A stretch of 56,744 nucleotides of DNA. Origin: Rhodospirillales bacterium. Its GTDB lineage: Bacteria; Pseudomonadota; Alphaproteobacteria; Rhodospirillales; CALINB01. The notes below the pieces were generated by a model. That model saw only the letters and a program-made list of their open reading frames with translations. It was not told the DNA's origin and made no database searches. The DNA is taken from NCBI GenBank assembly GCA_040904505.1, contig JBBDTH010000018.1, positions 1-56,744 of the forward strand, given 5' to 3'. The position numbers and the translations under genes were made by a program. The number at the start of each line of letters is the position of its first letter. Positions within the stretch are counted from its first letter, which is position 1. Of the stretch, positions 1-10,494 are shown one piece after another.

Positions 1-99
1 AACCAGACAATCTGGCCGCTTCAGTGGTGGATTATTGCTCCGGCGGTCACACATTCATTTGGAATTTCAACCGAAGAAGCCTTACTGAAGGAGAGAACC

Positions 100-333
100 A
101 TGTGGACGAAACTTCTAACGCTCATACCCGGAATCCTCGGTTTTTTAGCGCAAAAATCCGAGAGCAATCCCAAGGCCGCCCTGGGCACCACAGGCGGGGC
201 GGCGGGGCTGCTGGGTTTGTTGGCCGCGCCGGAGTTTCAGGCGACACTCCGCAACGGCCTGGCGGACATCCTGATCGCCGCCGCCGATATCATTCGCCAA
301 GCGCCCGGTATTGGCGGTGGATTAGGCGGTTGA
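100..333 (+). CDS. small hypothetical protein (77 aa), probably membrane-associated
   Basis: ATG is preceded by a GAAGGAGAG Shine-Dalgarno. Hydrophobic segment LLTLIPGILGFLA followed by a Gly/Ala-rich body. No family recognised. Confidence 0.4.
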   Translation: MWTKLLTLIPGILGFLAQKSESNPKAALGTTGGAAGLLGLLAAPEFQATLRNGLADILIAAADIIRQAPGIGGGLGG

Positions 334-1665
334 TTATAGGCCGCTGATCAATATCCACGCGATGGCCACGGGCGCGATGAATTTACAGATAAACATCCAA
401 ACGTTCGCGAACGGAAAACGGTGCCCGCCGTCGGCCGCGGCTTCCTTGAGGGCGTCGGCGGAAAAAGCCCACCCGATGAACAGCGCGATCCCGATGCCGC
501 CCAGCGGCAAAAGGATGTTGGCGCTGAGATAATCGAGCAGATCGAAAAATCCCCGCCCGAAGACCGTATATTCCTTCCAAATTCCGAGAGAAAGCGAGGC
601 GGGAATGCCGATGAGAAACATAACCCCGCCCGAGAACCAGGCGGCACGTTTCCGGCTGAAGCTCTTTTCGTCGACAAGGTATGTGACGACGACCTCCAGC
701 AACGAAACGGCGGAGGTTAAAGCGGCGATAGCCAAGAGAACGAAAAACAACGGCGCGAATACGGTGCCGCCGGGCATGTCGGCGAATACGGCGGGCAGGG
801 TAATGAACGTAAGCCCGGGCCCGGCGTCCGGGTTGAAACCGAATGCAAACACGGCGGGAAGAATGACGAGCCCGGCCAGGAACGCGATCGTCGTGTCGAG
901 CGATGTCGTCCACAGCGCGGCGCTCGGCAGGTGCGTCGTGCGGTCGAGATAAGAGCCGTAGGTGATCATGGCGCCCATACCGATCGACAGGGAGAAGAAG
1001 GCCTGCGAAAGCGCGGCATTAAATGCCGCCGCATCGAGTTTGGAGAAATCGGGCTCGAGAAAATACGCGACTCCTTTCATGGCGCCGGGAAGAGTCAACG
1101 AACGCGCCAGCAGAATCAGGACGATCACGAAAAGCGCCGGCAGAAGAATCTTGCACCAACGCTCGATACCGCGGCCGATACCGCCGATAACGACGGCGAT
1201 GGATAAAATCATAAAGACGGCATGGAAAATCAACGGCCGAATAGGGTCTTCGATAAAGTTGGAGAAAACCTTGTCGAATTCTGGGGAGGTTTCGTTGACC
1301 AAAACGCCCGCCAGCATTTTAAGGATGTAGGCTAATGTCCAGCCGCCGACGACGCTGTAGAACGAAAGGATCACGAACGCGGCGATAATCCCCATGAACC
1401 CGACAATCGGCCAGGCGCCGCCCTTGAGTTTGGCGAAGGCGCCGACGGGGTCCTTGCGGGCCGCGCGGCCGATAGTGAATTCGCACAGCATAACGCTGAG
1501 CCCGATCGTGAATGACAACGCAAGATAAACGATCAGGAAGGCGGCGCCGCCGTGTTGTCCGGCGAGGTAGGGAAATTTCCAAATGTTCCCCAGGCCGACA
1601 GCCGAGCCCGCGGCGGCCAGAATAAACCCTAAGCGGGAGCCCCAATGTTCGCGCGGCGAGATCAC
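334..1665 (-). CDS. neurotransmitter:sodium symporter (NSS/SNF) family transporter
   Basis: N-terminus REHWGSRLGFILAAAGSAVGLGNIWKFPY is the NSS signature. 443 aa, multi-TM, GTG start. Confidence 0.9.
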   Translation of the reverse strand: MISPREHWGSRLGFILAAAGSAVGLGNIWKFPYLAGQHGGAAFLIVYLALSFTIGLSVMLCEFTIGRAARKDPVGAFAKLKGGAWPIVGFMGIIAAFVILSFYSVVGGWTLAYILKMLAGVLVNETSPEFDKVFSNFIEDPIRPLIFHAVFMILSIAVVIGGIGRGIERWCKILLPALFVIVLILLARSLTLPGAMKGVAYFLEPDFSKLDAAAFNAALSQAFFSLSIGMGAMITYGSYLDRTTHLPSAALWTTSLDTTIAFLAGLVILPAVFAFGFNPDAGPGLTFITLPAVFADMPGGTVFAPLFFVLLAIAALTSAVSLLEVVVTYLVDEKSFSRKRAAWFSGGVMFLIGIPASLSLGIWKEYTVFGRGFFDLLDYLSANILLPLGGIGIALFIGWAFSADALKEAAADGGHRFPFANVWMFICKFIAPVAIAWILISGL

Positions 1666-1702
1666 CGAATAATGACCTTAATGAAAATCTTAACCGTCAA
1701 GG

Positions 1703-2506
1703 TCAGGGTAGCGATTTCGCGCATCGAAAGCCAATGTTACGGTGTCCCGCCCGAGGATTCCGGGATACGAACTCGCCGCGATAGGTCGTGCCGAGGTATT
1801 TCGGCGAATCGTCATGGCCGCCGCCGCGCGTGGCCCTGGCGGCCATGCTGTCGGGAGACTCGCGGCCATCGTCGGCACGATACGGATATTTTCGATAGAG
1901 ACTGCTGACCCACTCATGGGTATTGCCCGCCATATCGAGCACGCCCTCGGGCGTCGCGCCGCGCGGTAAGGAACCGACCGGGATCGTCATACCCCAGCCG
2001 GCCCCGTAACGCGCCCGGGTCTTATCCGGCGTTTCGTCGCCCCACGGATAAATCCTTCCTTCCTTTCCTCTCGCCGCAAACTCCCATTCGGCTTCCGTCG
2101 GAAGCCGCTTTCCCGCCCATTTGCAGTAATTTCTCGCCCCGAACCAACTCGCCTCGACAACCGGATGGTCTTCAAAGCTGTCATCTGCCTGAAATTTATT
2201 TTCGATACGATGAATGCGCGCGTCGTCATCGTCCCAATCGTAAAGGCGATACATCCGTTCATGGGTTTTACCGCCGGTGGCATTGAGAAACGATGCAAAC
2301 GCTCGATTCGTAACGGGCGTTTTATCGAGCAGAAAGTTTTCGACGGAAACCCGATGGGCGGGTTTTTCATCGTCCGGCCCGTCACCCCGCCCCATCGTGA
2401 ATGTCCCGCCGGGAATTTTAACCATCGCACTCGTATCGGCGGCCAAGGTTCCGAAAGACGCGAAGGCAAGCACGGAGCCGATGGCAATGAAAACACACCC
2501 CTTCAT
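1703..2506 (-). CDS. formylglycine-generating enzyme (FGE-sulfatase/SUMF1) domain protein with signal peptide
   Basis: Signal-like MKGCVFIAIGSVLAFASFGTLAAD, then FGE-domain hallmarks HPVVEASWFGARNYCKWAGKRLPTEAEWEFAARG and GNTHEWV. Start placed at the internal ATG 2504-2506 rather than at the ORF-track start. Confidence 0.85.
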   Translation of the reverse strand: MKGCVFIAIGSVLAFASFGTLAADTSAMVKIPGGTFTMGRGDGPDDEKPAHRVSVENFLLDKTPVTNRAFASFLNATGGKTHERMYRLYDWDDDDARIHRIENKFQADDSFEDHPVVEASWFGARNYCKWAGKRLPTEAEWEFAARGKEGRIYPWGDETPDKTRARYGAGWGMTIPVGSLPRGATPEGVLDMAGNTHEWVSSLYRKYPYRADDGRESPDSMAARATRGGGHDDSPKYLGTTYRGEFVSRNPRAGHRNIGFRCAKSLP

Positions 2507-2553
2507 GGATAAGAATGTCCTTTCCTTAAGCCGCGGCCATAGAATTTTCGAAT

Positions 2554-4284
2554 TCAGATCAGGCACACATCGCTGGCGCATCCTAGGTCTTTATCCGCTT
2601 CCACCAAAAGGCTCTGCCAGGATCCGGGCAGGTCGACCTGCCGGCCGATCACGCGGCGCGAGTTGCCCTGAAACCAGAAATTATGCGTCGGATGATCGCC
2701 GCCGGCGACCAAGAGGATTAGGTTTTCCGGCTTTCTGCAGATAGGCCACGGGTCAAGCGAGGCCGTTTTGATCGTATCGGGATGGGTGTCCGCCTCGATC
2801 CATTGCCTTAAGCCCGTCCTGATTACGTCGGCCTGCGGGATGGCGGAATGCTCCCAAAGATGGTTTCTGATCTTTTCCTTGGACCAACCGAGCTTTGCGA
2901 GCTGGTTCGCCGAGATCGGGGATAACAGCAATCCGCCGGGTGTGCCGTGTTCGTAACCCCGTATATAGTGAATGTTGGGAACCTTGAGGTAATCCACGAG
3001 TTTTTCGATGCTTTCGCGGGCTTCCTGCTCGAGGGTCTCCTTGCCGGTACCGCGGCGCATGATATTCGTGGCGCCGGTTGCGACAAAAACGGAAACGGCA
3101 TTGGTGTTCTGCTTGAAACCGTGCCGTTCCGTCGCGAAAGGCAGCCAGCCTTCGGGCAGCCTCTCCTCGTCTTCCGCGAACACGGCGTTGGTATAACGCA
3201 TCTGCCCGAAAACGGCCATCGTGCCGACCCCGGGAAGGGCGCCGCCGACATTTTGCAACAGAAACCGAATGGCCCGGCCGATGCTGGCGCCCGCCGGCCG
3301 TTGCGGATCGGGGCCTAATAAACCGAAACCGGAATTCAGGCGGACTTCTTTCGCGATCGGACCATTAACGACGACAACGGGAAAAGTGCTGCCCGACGTC
3401 GCTTGCCATTGATCGTGAACGAACTCCGGATCGAGGATCGCATCCAATGCGGCCAACAGAACGGGAAAATACTCCGGTCGGCCTCCGGCCATGGCCAAGG
3501 CGACGGCGGCAGTCTCGACCGTTGCGATACCGCCGCGCGGCATGATCTTGCCGAGCGTTTCGTATCGCAGTCTGTCCGAACCCCGGAGAATCCAATCGAC
3601 TCGTGTCATGTCGGGCGGGATGACCGGCAAGCCGTCTCCCCACAGGTTCGTCAGGAACAGGTTGTTGATTTGCCGGGCCGCATCTTCGTAGTCGTCGCTT
3701 GTGACCGTCATCATCGGCGCGTTGCGCATGCCGGTTTTCTTGGCCGCGGGCTGCCATCGCGTCAGGCCGTCGTAAAACTCCTCGATACGATCGGCTACGG
3801 GAGTCAGGTCGCTTTCGACCAAAAATAAATCGATGGGAAACGTGACCATGGCCGCGTCTTGATCGAATCCCAGACCCGAAACGGCATTACGGACGACGCC
3901 GACGAAATCTTCGCGCGTGAGAATGACGGTGGGAATGCCCTCGGCTTCGATTTTCGCGGCAGCACGGCCGCATGCCGTTGCGCAACGGCCTCAGGAGGCG
4001 TTGCCGATAACGATTGCGTCAACCTTCAGGTCTTTTGCGCGTCGAATCGTTTTATCTTTTTCGATTTCCAAATTACCGGTCGGAAATTCGGTGTAGGGAA
4101 CGATCTCGACGTCCTTGAAATTTTTCGCCATGAAATCGGCGATCAGAGGAAGCGTTCGATGCGCTTGCCATTCGTCATTCGAAACGAACCCGATTCTTTT
4201 GCCGTTTAGAGAATCAAGCCGGGGCGCGTGCAGGCAAAGCACTTCGGTCGCGCCGCTGGGGTCGAAAACGTCGATTGTATGCAT
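2554..4284 (-). CDS. candidate selenoprotein: UGSC-like N-terminal redox domain (Sec at TGA 3991-3993) continuous with a ~430-aa uncharacterised domain
   Basis: ORFs 3991..4290 and 2554..3849 are in the same frame (4290-3849=441). The 47 codons between them have no stop. Context is VDAIVIGNAS-U-GRCATAC. GGAG lies 7 nt before ATG 4284, and there is no SD before the internal ATG 3849. Sec machinery is present in the window. Confidence 0.6.
3974..3989 (-). promoter_or_regulatory. candidate SECIS-type stem-loop immediately 3' of the UGA at 3991-3993
   Basis: mRNA GCCGUU-GCGC-AACGGC forms a perfect 6-bp hairpin starting 2 nt after the UGA. An alternative outer pairing is GGCCG (3986-3990) with CGGCC (3966-3970). 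Confidence 0.35.
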
Positions 4285-4371
4285 GTGCAAGCTCCGGTTC
4301 TTATGCTTAACGACAGGGGCGACAGAGTAGCGCCGCCGCTAGTGCGGGACAAGGAACGCCTGAGGGGTTAA

Positions 4372-4446
4372 TGGTGCCGCCGGGGCGAATCGAACGCCCG
4401 ACCCCACCCTTACCAAGGGTGTGCTCTACCCCTGAGCTACGGCGGC
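4372..4446 (-). tRNA. tRNA-Thr (anticodon GGU)
   Basis: Reverse complement reads GCCGCCGTAGCTCAGGGGTAGAGCACACCCTTGGTAAGGGTGGGGTCGGGCGTTCGATTCGCCCCGGCGGCACCA. It has cloverleaf arms, GTTCGATTC in the T-arm and an encoded CCA. Confidence 0.9.
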
Positions 4447-4648
4447 AGAAGAATGAAGCAATACATAGCGCGGGCCCAGGGGAAAGGCAAAATATCTATG
4501 TAGTGCAGGGGGCGGACCATGCCATAGGCGGCCGGGCGAGGCAAGCCTTCCGGACCGCCGACCCCGGCCCATGGCCACTTTACAGACGGTTCGATAAGGG
4601 CCATCGTGACCGCCATAGATTTGCCTCAATCAGCGGCGAGAAAGACCC

Positions 4649-4792
4649 ATGAGCCAAGACAGCCCCCGGCCCCGGCAAAACCAAAGCGGCACGGAAAAGG
4701 CCGCGACCCGTAAGGCAAAACTCGCGAAAGCGCTTCGGCGGAATTTGGCTAAGCGCAAGCAACAGTCTAAGATGCGTAAAGATCCCGCCTGA
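4649..4792 (+). CDS. possible small basic protein (47 aa), below the ORF-track cutoff
   Basis: ATG..TGA open frame MSQDSPRPRQNQSGTEKAATRKAKLAKALRRNLAKRKQQSKMRKDPA directly upstream of murA. Lys/Arg-rich. Weak RBS. Confidence 0.3.
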   Translation: MSQDSPRPRQNQSGTEKAATRKAKLAKALRRNLAKRKQQSKMRKDPA

Positions 4793-4857
4793 CGCGGCGG
4801 GGCGGCTCGCGACCGAGTCTTTCATTTTCAACCAACCGATTGATATCTTCATAATCC

Positions 4858-6141
4858 ATGGACCGCATTTTAATTCGTGGCGGAAACCCGTTAAGAGGCT
4901 CGATTGCGATCGCCGGGGCGAAGAACGCCGCGCTGCCTTTGATGGCGGCCAGCCTTCTAACCGATCAAGAACTGCGCTTGTCGAACCTGCCGCACTTGGC
5001 CGACATCTCGACGATGGCGCATCTGCTCGCCGAGTTGGGGACCGAAATCGCCATGAACGGCGATATTTCCGGCGGACATACGGGGCGCGTGTTCAATTTA
5101 AAGTCCGAAAACATATCGAATACGACGGCTCCTTATGATCTGGTCCGTAAAATGCGGGCCTCGATTTTGGTGCTGGGGCCTTTATTGGCCCGTTTCGGGA
5201 AGGCGCGCGTGTCGCTTCCCGGCGGATGCGCGATCGGGACCAGGCCGGTCGATCTTCATTTGAAGGCGCTAAGCCAGCTCGGCGCCGAGATCGAGTTGAA
5301 GGAAGGATATATCGAAGCGAAGGCCCCCAAGGGCCTTAAGGGCAGCCACATTATTTTTCCGTCGGTGACCGTCGGTGGCACGGAAAACATTCTGATGGCG
5401 GCCGTTTTGGCCAAGGGAACGACGATATTAAGTAACGTTGCCCGAGAGCCCGAAGTTATCGATTTAGCACATTGCTTGATCAAAATGGGCGCGAAGATAG
5501 ACGGCTTGGGGACGGATACGTTAACGATCGAGGGCATCGATTCCTTGAAAAGCGCCCATCATGAGGTGCTGCCCGACCGCATCGAAACGGCAACATACGC
5601 CATTGCGACCGCGATTACCGGCGGGGACGTCGAAATTACCGGCGGAACGCTTCATCTCATCGAGGCGGTTGCCGATGTTCTCATGCGAGCCGGCATTACG
5701 ATCAATGAAACGGCTTGCGGCATAAACGTCAGCCGGACAAATGGGCCGTTAAAGGGAATCGATGTCATGACGGAACCGTTTCCGGGATTTCCGACGGACA
5801 CGCAGGCACAGTTGATGTCTCTTATGAGCGTCGCGGATGGGGCTTCAATGATAACGGAAACGATTTTCGAGAACCGTTTCATGCATGTTCCGGAACTCTG
5901 CCGAATGGGGGCGGATATCAATGTCCACGGGGCTTCCGCCATTGTTCGGGGCGTTGCGCACTTGTCCGGGGCACAGGTTATGGCAACGGACCTACGGGCT
6001 TCCGTCTCCTTGGTGTTGGCCGGTCTCGCGGCCGAAGGCGAAACGCTTATCAACCGCGTATATCATTTGGACAGGGGCTACGAGCATCTGGAGGAAAAGC
6101 TTGCTGCCTGCGGCGCCGATATCACGCGGATACGGGGTTAA
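4858..6141 (+). CDS. murA: UDP-N-acetylglucosamine 1-carboxyvinyltransferase
   Basis: 427 aa. [34 protein letters not shown] and a full-length MurA-like sequence. Confidence 0.96.
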   Translation: MDRILIRGGNPLRGSIAIAGAKNAALPLMAASLLTDQELRLSNLPHLADISTMAHLLAELGTEIAMNGDISGGHTGRVFNLKSENISNTTAPYDLVRKMRASILVLGPLLARFGKARVSLPGGCAIGTRPVDLHLKALSQLGAEIELKEGYIEAKAPKGLKGSHIIFPSVTVGGTENILMAAVLAKGTTILSNVAREPEVIDLAHCLIKMGAKIDGLGTDTLTIEGIDSLKSAHHEVLPDRIETATYAIATAITGGDVEITGGTLHLIEAVADVLMRAGITINETACGINVSRTNGPLKGIDVMTEPFPGFPTDTQAQLMSLMSVADGASMITETIFENRFMHVPELCRMGADINVHGASAIVRGVAHLSGAQVMATDLRASVSLVLAGLAAEGETLINRVYHLDRGYEHLEEKLAACGADITRIRG

Positions 6142-6280
6142 CTGTTTGAATATACTTGTGAATTAATTCTGTTGCCGATACTGCCCGGCGGTATCGCGGG
6201 GCCGCGCAATCGAAAGAGGCCTTGACCTTTGAAGCGAGGCAGGGCACTTAAACCTCCGGCGAAACAATTTAAGAAGTTTT

Positions 6281-6499
6281 ATGTCTAAAGAAGAATTATT
6301 GGAGTTCTCCGGCACGGTTGTCGAAAAGCTTCCGAATGCGATGTTTCGCGTGAAGCTTGAAAACGATCACGAAATCATTGCGCGTATTGCCGGAAAAATG
6401 CGGAAATTCCGCATCCGCGTGTTGCCCGGCGATAAGGTCGACGTAGAGATGACGCCATACGATCTGACCAAAGGGCGTATTATTTTCCGTCATAAATAA
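6281..6499 (+). CDS. infA: translation initiation factor IF-1
   Basis: 72 aa. [60 protein letters not shown]. Confidence 0.97.
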   Translation: MSKEELLEFSGTVVEKLPNAMFRVKLENDHEIIARIAGKMRKFRIRVLPGDKVDVEMTPYDLTKGRIIFRHK

Positions 6500-6566
6500 T
6501 TTTGGGGCCGCATTCTTTCGATTCGATGTGGCCGTTTTCATTATTCTTCTCCATGGGAAGCTAGCC

Positions 6567-6999
6567 ATGGAAAAACCGAAGCCCCCGACGCCGGAAGATT
6601 TTGATTTGACGGAACAAGACCTCAGGTCCGTTCCGAGGCTGTTGAATCAGAAATTGACCCATGAAATACATTCGAGGATTGGTCTTGGTATCGGCGCGAT
6701 CCTGGGGCTGGGATCTCTGTGGGGGATGTTCGTCAAAACCGACTCGATCGTGTACGGCGCCTTTCTTTGGCGTTCTCGTCGGGTTCGTCGTTTTCTTAAT
6801 GGTGAGTTTTCTAGGCAGCTTGATTGTTTTTTTCATCGCGAATGTTATTTCATATTTTCAACGTATATTTTATGGTCTGTTCAACGAAACGGCTCGGCGC
6901 GTCTATAGATATCAAGCAGCCCATAAGGCATTTGATGAGGCCATGTTCCAATATGAAAAATACAGGCAAAAAAGGGTTCAGGGCAAAACATACGAGTAA
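6567..6999 (+). pseudogene. possible frameshifted gene for a small two-TM membrane protein in a lower-GC patch
   Basis: Frame A (from ATG 6567) gives a plausible N-terminus and TM1 (IGLGIGAILGLGSLWGMFV), then turns Arg-rich. Frame B (+1) continues from about 6760 with TM2 (FFGVLVGFVVFLMVSFLGSLIVFFIANVI) and a helical tail ending at 6999. Confidence 0.3.
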
Positions 7000-7136
7000 G
7001 ATGATGGGCTCGCTCAATCATTTTTTAACCGTTTTTCCATATGGCTCACCCTAAGATGTTTAGCGCGCTATCGTTAATTTAATGACAAGCACAAAATGCA
7101 TCCCTAGAATCTCAGCATGAAAGGGGGGACAGCTTC

Positions 7137-7409
7137 ATGACGCACTTTCTGGTATCGGAAGAGAAGCAGGACGGCTTCAAACTTGAGGACATTTTAAAAA
7201 TTCTCCGTAAGGACATATTCCTGCGATGCAGCAAAATTCTCGACGATGTTCGCCCCGAGGCACAGCACGTCCTGCGTAACAATACGAAAATCCTGGAGCT
7301 TCTCGGCGAGGCCATCGCGCTTGCCGAGGATTCGACGCAAACGCTCGACCGGGCCTTCGGCCCAAGTCAGGCGGGAAAGGGCGGCCCGCCCCGTATCGGG
7401 AGCCCGTGA
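7137..7409 (+). CDS. hypothetical protein (90 aa), helical-looking
   Basis: Strong SD AAAGGGGGGA before the ATG. Balanced composition. No family recognised. Confidence 0.55.
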   Translation: MTHFLVSEEKQDGFKLEDILKILRKDIFLRCSKILDDVRPEAQHVLRNNTKILELLGEAIALAEDSTQTLDRAFGPSQAGKGGPPRIGSP

Positions 7410-7588
7410 TCGTCCGGCTGATTTAAGGCCGTCGTTTCCGGCCCGAGTCGCGGGGTGCGATCGGAAAACGGGACTATTCGTGGAATCGGCTCATTTCCGC
7501 GGATATTCCGGGTTTTTCTGGTTTCTTATCCGAAAACCCACTATACATGCCGCCTTTATCCGTTTGAGCTTATGGATTCGGGCGAACG

Positions 7589-8257
7589 ATGCTATCCAAC
7601 GAAAAACTGGTTTTGGCCTTACCGAAGGGAAGAATCCTCCGGGAAGTCATGCCCATTATCCGGCGCGCCGGCATAAAACCGGAGCCTGCTTTTGACGATG
7701 ACAGCGTCAGGCAGCTCCGCTTTGCGACGAATCGGCCCGAGGTCGACATTATCCGGGTTCGAAGCTTTGACGTGGCGACGTTTATCGCGTTCGGCGCGGC
7801 TCATTTCGGGGTTGCCGGCGCCGACGTGCTCATGGAATTCGATTATTCCGAAATTTATGCGCCCCTGGACTTGAAGGTCGGGGGCTGCCGGATGGTCGTC
7901 GCGGAACCGAAAGAACTAATTGGGGAGGATGATCCCGCGACATGGAGCCACGTTCGGGTCGCGACGAAATACCCCGCGATCACACAGCGTTATTTTGCGA
8001 CGCGCGGCGTGCAGGCGGAATGCATCAAGCTTTCCGGCGCCATCGAGTTGGCACCCGGCATGAGTCTATGTCAGCGGATCGTCGATCTGGTTTCCTCCGG
8101 CGATACGCTCAAGGCGAACGGCCTGGTGGAGGTCGAACAAATCATGAGCATTACATCGCGGCTCGCGGTCAACCGTGCGGCATGGAAAACGCGTCCCCAG
8201 GAAATCAATTTCTGGATTCAACGTTTCCGGGAAGCGGTCGATGCCAAAGCGGCTTAA
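7589..8257 (+). CDS. hisG: ATP phosphoribosyltransferase, short form
   Basis: 222 aa. [24 protein letters not shown] ... [15 protein letters not shown]. Confidence 0.92.
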   Translation: MLSNEKLVLALPKGRILREVMPIIRRAGIKPEPAFDDDSVRQLRFATNRPEVDIIRVRSFDVATFIAFGAAHFGVAGADVLMEFDYSEIYAPLDLKVGGCRMVVAEPKELIGEDDPATWSHVRVATKYPAITQRYFATRGVQAECIKLSGAIELAPGMSLCQRIVDLVSSGDTLKANGLVEVEQIMSITSRLAVNRAAWKTRPQEINFWIQRFREAVDAKAA

Positions 8258-9533
8258 ATTCTCCGACCCTGATTTTGACGGAAACTTTTCCGATATCGTT
8301 ACCGCGAAACGGGAAACGGAATCGGACGTTCACGATGTCGTCGCGGCAATCATCGATGACGTTAAGATTCGAGGCGATGCGGCTCTTTTAGAATATACGA
8401 AACGGTTTGACCGTTTTGAATTGACCGCGGACGAAATGCGGGTGTCCAAAGAGGATATCCTGACGGCTTATAATGGCTGCGAGCGGAAAATCGTCGCCGC
8501 TCTCGAGTTCGCGGCGTCGCGTATCGAGGATTACCACCGGCGCCAAATCCCGGAAAACTTTCAGTATACTGATGCGTTGGGAATCCGCTTGGGCCAGCAA
8601 TGGAAACCCTTGAGCGCGGCGGGATTATACGTGCCCGGCGGCACGGCGGCGTATCCGTCTTCCGTGCTGATGAATGCCATTCCCGCAAAGGTCGCCGGCG
8701 TGGACCGAATCGCCATGACGGTACCCGCACCCGGCGGCACGCTTAATCCGCTCGTATTGGCGGCGGCCCATATTGTCGGCGTCGATGAAATTTTCCGGGT
8801 CGGCGGCGCCCAAGCCGTTGCCGCGCTTGCCTACGGCACGGCAACGATCAAGCCTGTCGATAAAGTCGTCGGCCCGGGCAATGCTTATGTCGCCGCGGCG
8901 AAGCGTCAGGTATTCGGTGTCGTCGGCATCGATATGATTGCCGGCCCGTCGGAAATACTCGTGGTTGCCGATGATCGGAACGATCCGGCGTGGATCGCGG
9001 CCGATCTTCTGTCGCAGGCCGAGCATGATCGATCGGCGCAATCCATCTTGATTACGGATTCCGCGGATTTTGCGGATGCTGTCGTCCGAGCGGTTGACGC
9101 GCATTTGAAAATTCTGCCGCGCCGGGAAATCGCCGCGGAAAGCTGGAATACATACGGTACGATCATTCTGGTCGACGATTTATCCGATAGTATTCCGCTT
9201 ATCGACCGGCTTGCTCCGGAGCATCTCGAGCTTGCGGTTGAGGACGCCGAAGGCTTGGCCGATCGCGTTCGAAATGCCGGTGCTATATTCCTCGGACGGT
9301 ATACGCCCGAAGCTGTCGGCGACTATATCGCCGGGCCCAACCATGTGTTGCCGACTGCCCGAAGCGCCCGTTTTTCTTCGGGGCTCGGCGTTCTGGACTT
9401 CCTTAAAAGAAATTCGATCGTAAGATGCGATCAAGCCGGGCTTGAACAGCTGGGGCCGAAAATTTTGGCATTGGCCGAAGCCGAAGGGCTTGATGCGCAT
9501 GCTCTTTCCGTCGGTATTCGGCTTAAAAAGTGA
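8241..9533 (+). CDS. hisD: histidinol dehydrogenase
   Basis: Full-length HisD-like sequence ([37 protein letters not shown]). Start taken at ATG 8241, overlapping the hisG end by 17 nt. Confidence 0.95.
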   Translation: MPKRLKFSDPDFDGNFSDIVTAKRETESDVHDVVAAIIDDVKIRGDAALLEYTKRFDRFELTADEMRVSKEDILTAYNGCERKIVAALEFAASRIEDYHRRQIPENFQYTDALGIRLGQQWKPLSAAGLYVPGGTAAYPSSVLMNAIPAKVAGVDRIAMTVPAPGGTLNPLVLAAAHIVGVDEIFRVGGAQAVAALAYGTATIKPVDKVVGPGNAYVAAAKRQVFGVVGIDMIAGPSEILVVADDRNDPAWIAADLLSQAEHDRSAQSILITDSADFADAVVRAVDAHLKILPRREIAAESWNTYGTIILVDDLSDSIPLIDRLAPEHLELAVEDAEGLADRVRNAGAIFLGRYTPEAVGDYIAGPNHVLPTARSARFSSGLGVLDFLKRNSIVRCDQAGLEQLGPKILALAEAEGLDAHALSVGIRLKK

Positions 9534-9564
9534 CGGCCTGTATAGCAATGACGTGTGATTAACC

Positions 9565-10044
9565 GTGCCTGAAGATCAGCGGATTGCAAACGTCTTTCTC
9601 GATGAGCGTAGTGTCGTCCGGCGAAGTCCCCAAGTCGAACACGAACGTAAGGCTGCGATCTATGATCTTATCGAAGACAATGTCTTCTCCCCCGCCGGCC
9701 ATTACGATGGCCCGTTTAACCTCCACCTGAAAATCGAAGAGAACCGCCTCGTCTTCTCAGTGTGCGACATCGAAGATCGGGAGCTCACTTCTTTTCCCCT
9801 CTCCCTAAATGCCTTCCGATCCCTGATCCGTGAATATTTCATGGTCTGCGAAAGTTATTACCAGGCCATCAAAACGTCGAGTCCGTCGAAAATCGAGGCG
9901 ATCGACATGGGCCGCCGTTCGTTGCACAACGAAGGCGCCAGCTTATTGAAAGACCGGCTTCAGGATAAAGTCGATATCAACGAGCGAACGTCGCGGCGTT
10001 TATTTACGCTCCTTTGCGTTTTGCATATTCGGAATTGGTCATGA
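9565..10044 (+). CDS. UPF0262 family protein
   Basis: 159 aa, GTG start. The EHERKAAIYDLIEDNVF ... LFTLLCVLH pattern is typical of the alphaproteobacterial UPF0262 family found next to hisD. Confidence 0.8.
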   Translation: MPEDQRIANVFLDERSVVRRSPQVEHERKAAIYDLIEDNVFSPAGHYDGPFNLHLKIEENRLVFSVCDIEDRELTSFPLSLNAFRSLIREYFMVCESYYQAIKTSSPSKIEAIDMGRRSLHNEGASLLKDRLQDKVDINERTSRRLFTLLCVLHIRNWS

Positions 10045-10484
10045 GCGCCGTGCCTTCCGCCGTGTTATTTGCCTGTACGACGAATTCCATTCGTTCGCCG
10101 ATGGCCGAGGGCATCTTGAAGTTTTTGCTGGGGCATAAAATATATGTCGACTCCGTCGGCGTCCGAGAAGGTGGGATCGATGGTTTTGCCATCACCGTGA
10201 TGCAGGAAATCGGGATCGATCTCAATCATCACAGATCGAAAACCTTCGACGATCTCGAGGATACGTCATACGATCTCGTTATTTCCTTGTCGCCCGAGGC
10301 GCAGCACAAAGCGGTCGAATTGACGCGTTTCATGTCTTGTGAGGTCGAATTCTGGAATACCTTGGACCCGACGTTCGTTCACGGTAGCCGCGACGTTCGA
10401 TTGGATGCCTTTCGGCAAGTTCGGGATGAATTGATGGCGCGCATTAAGGCGCGTTTTCCCCTAGAAGGCCAGGTGGACGTATAA
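10041..10484 (+). CDS. low-molecular-weight phosphotyrosine phosphatase / ArsC-like protein
   Basis: CX5R(S) P-loop VLFACTTNSIRSPMAEG. ATGA overlap with the upstream gene. Confidence 0.85.
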   Translation: MSAVPSAVLFACTTNSIRSPMAEGILKFLLGHKIYVDSVGVREGGIDGFAITVMQEIGIDLNHHRSKTFDDLEDTSYDLVISLSPEAQHKAVELTRFMSCEVEFWNTLDPTFVHGSRDVRLDAFRQVRDELMARIKARFPLEGQVDV

Positions 10485-10494
10485 GGAATTTGCC

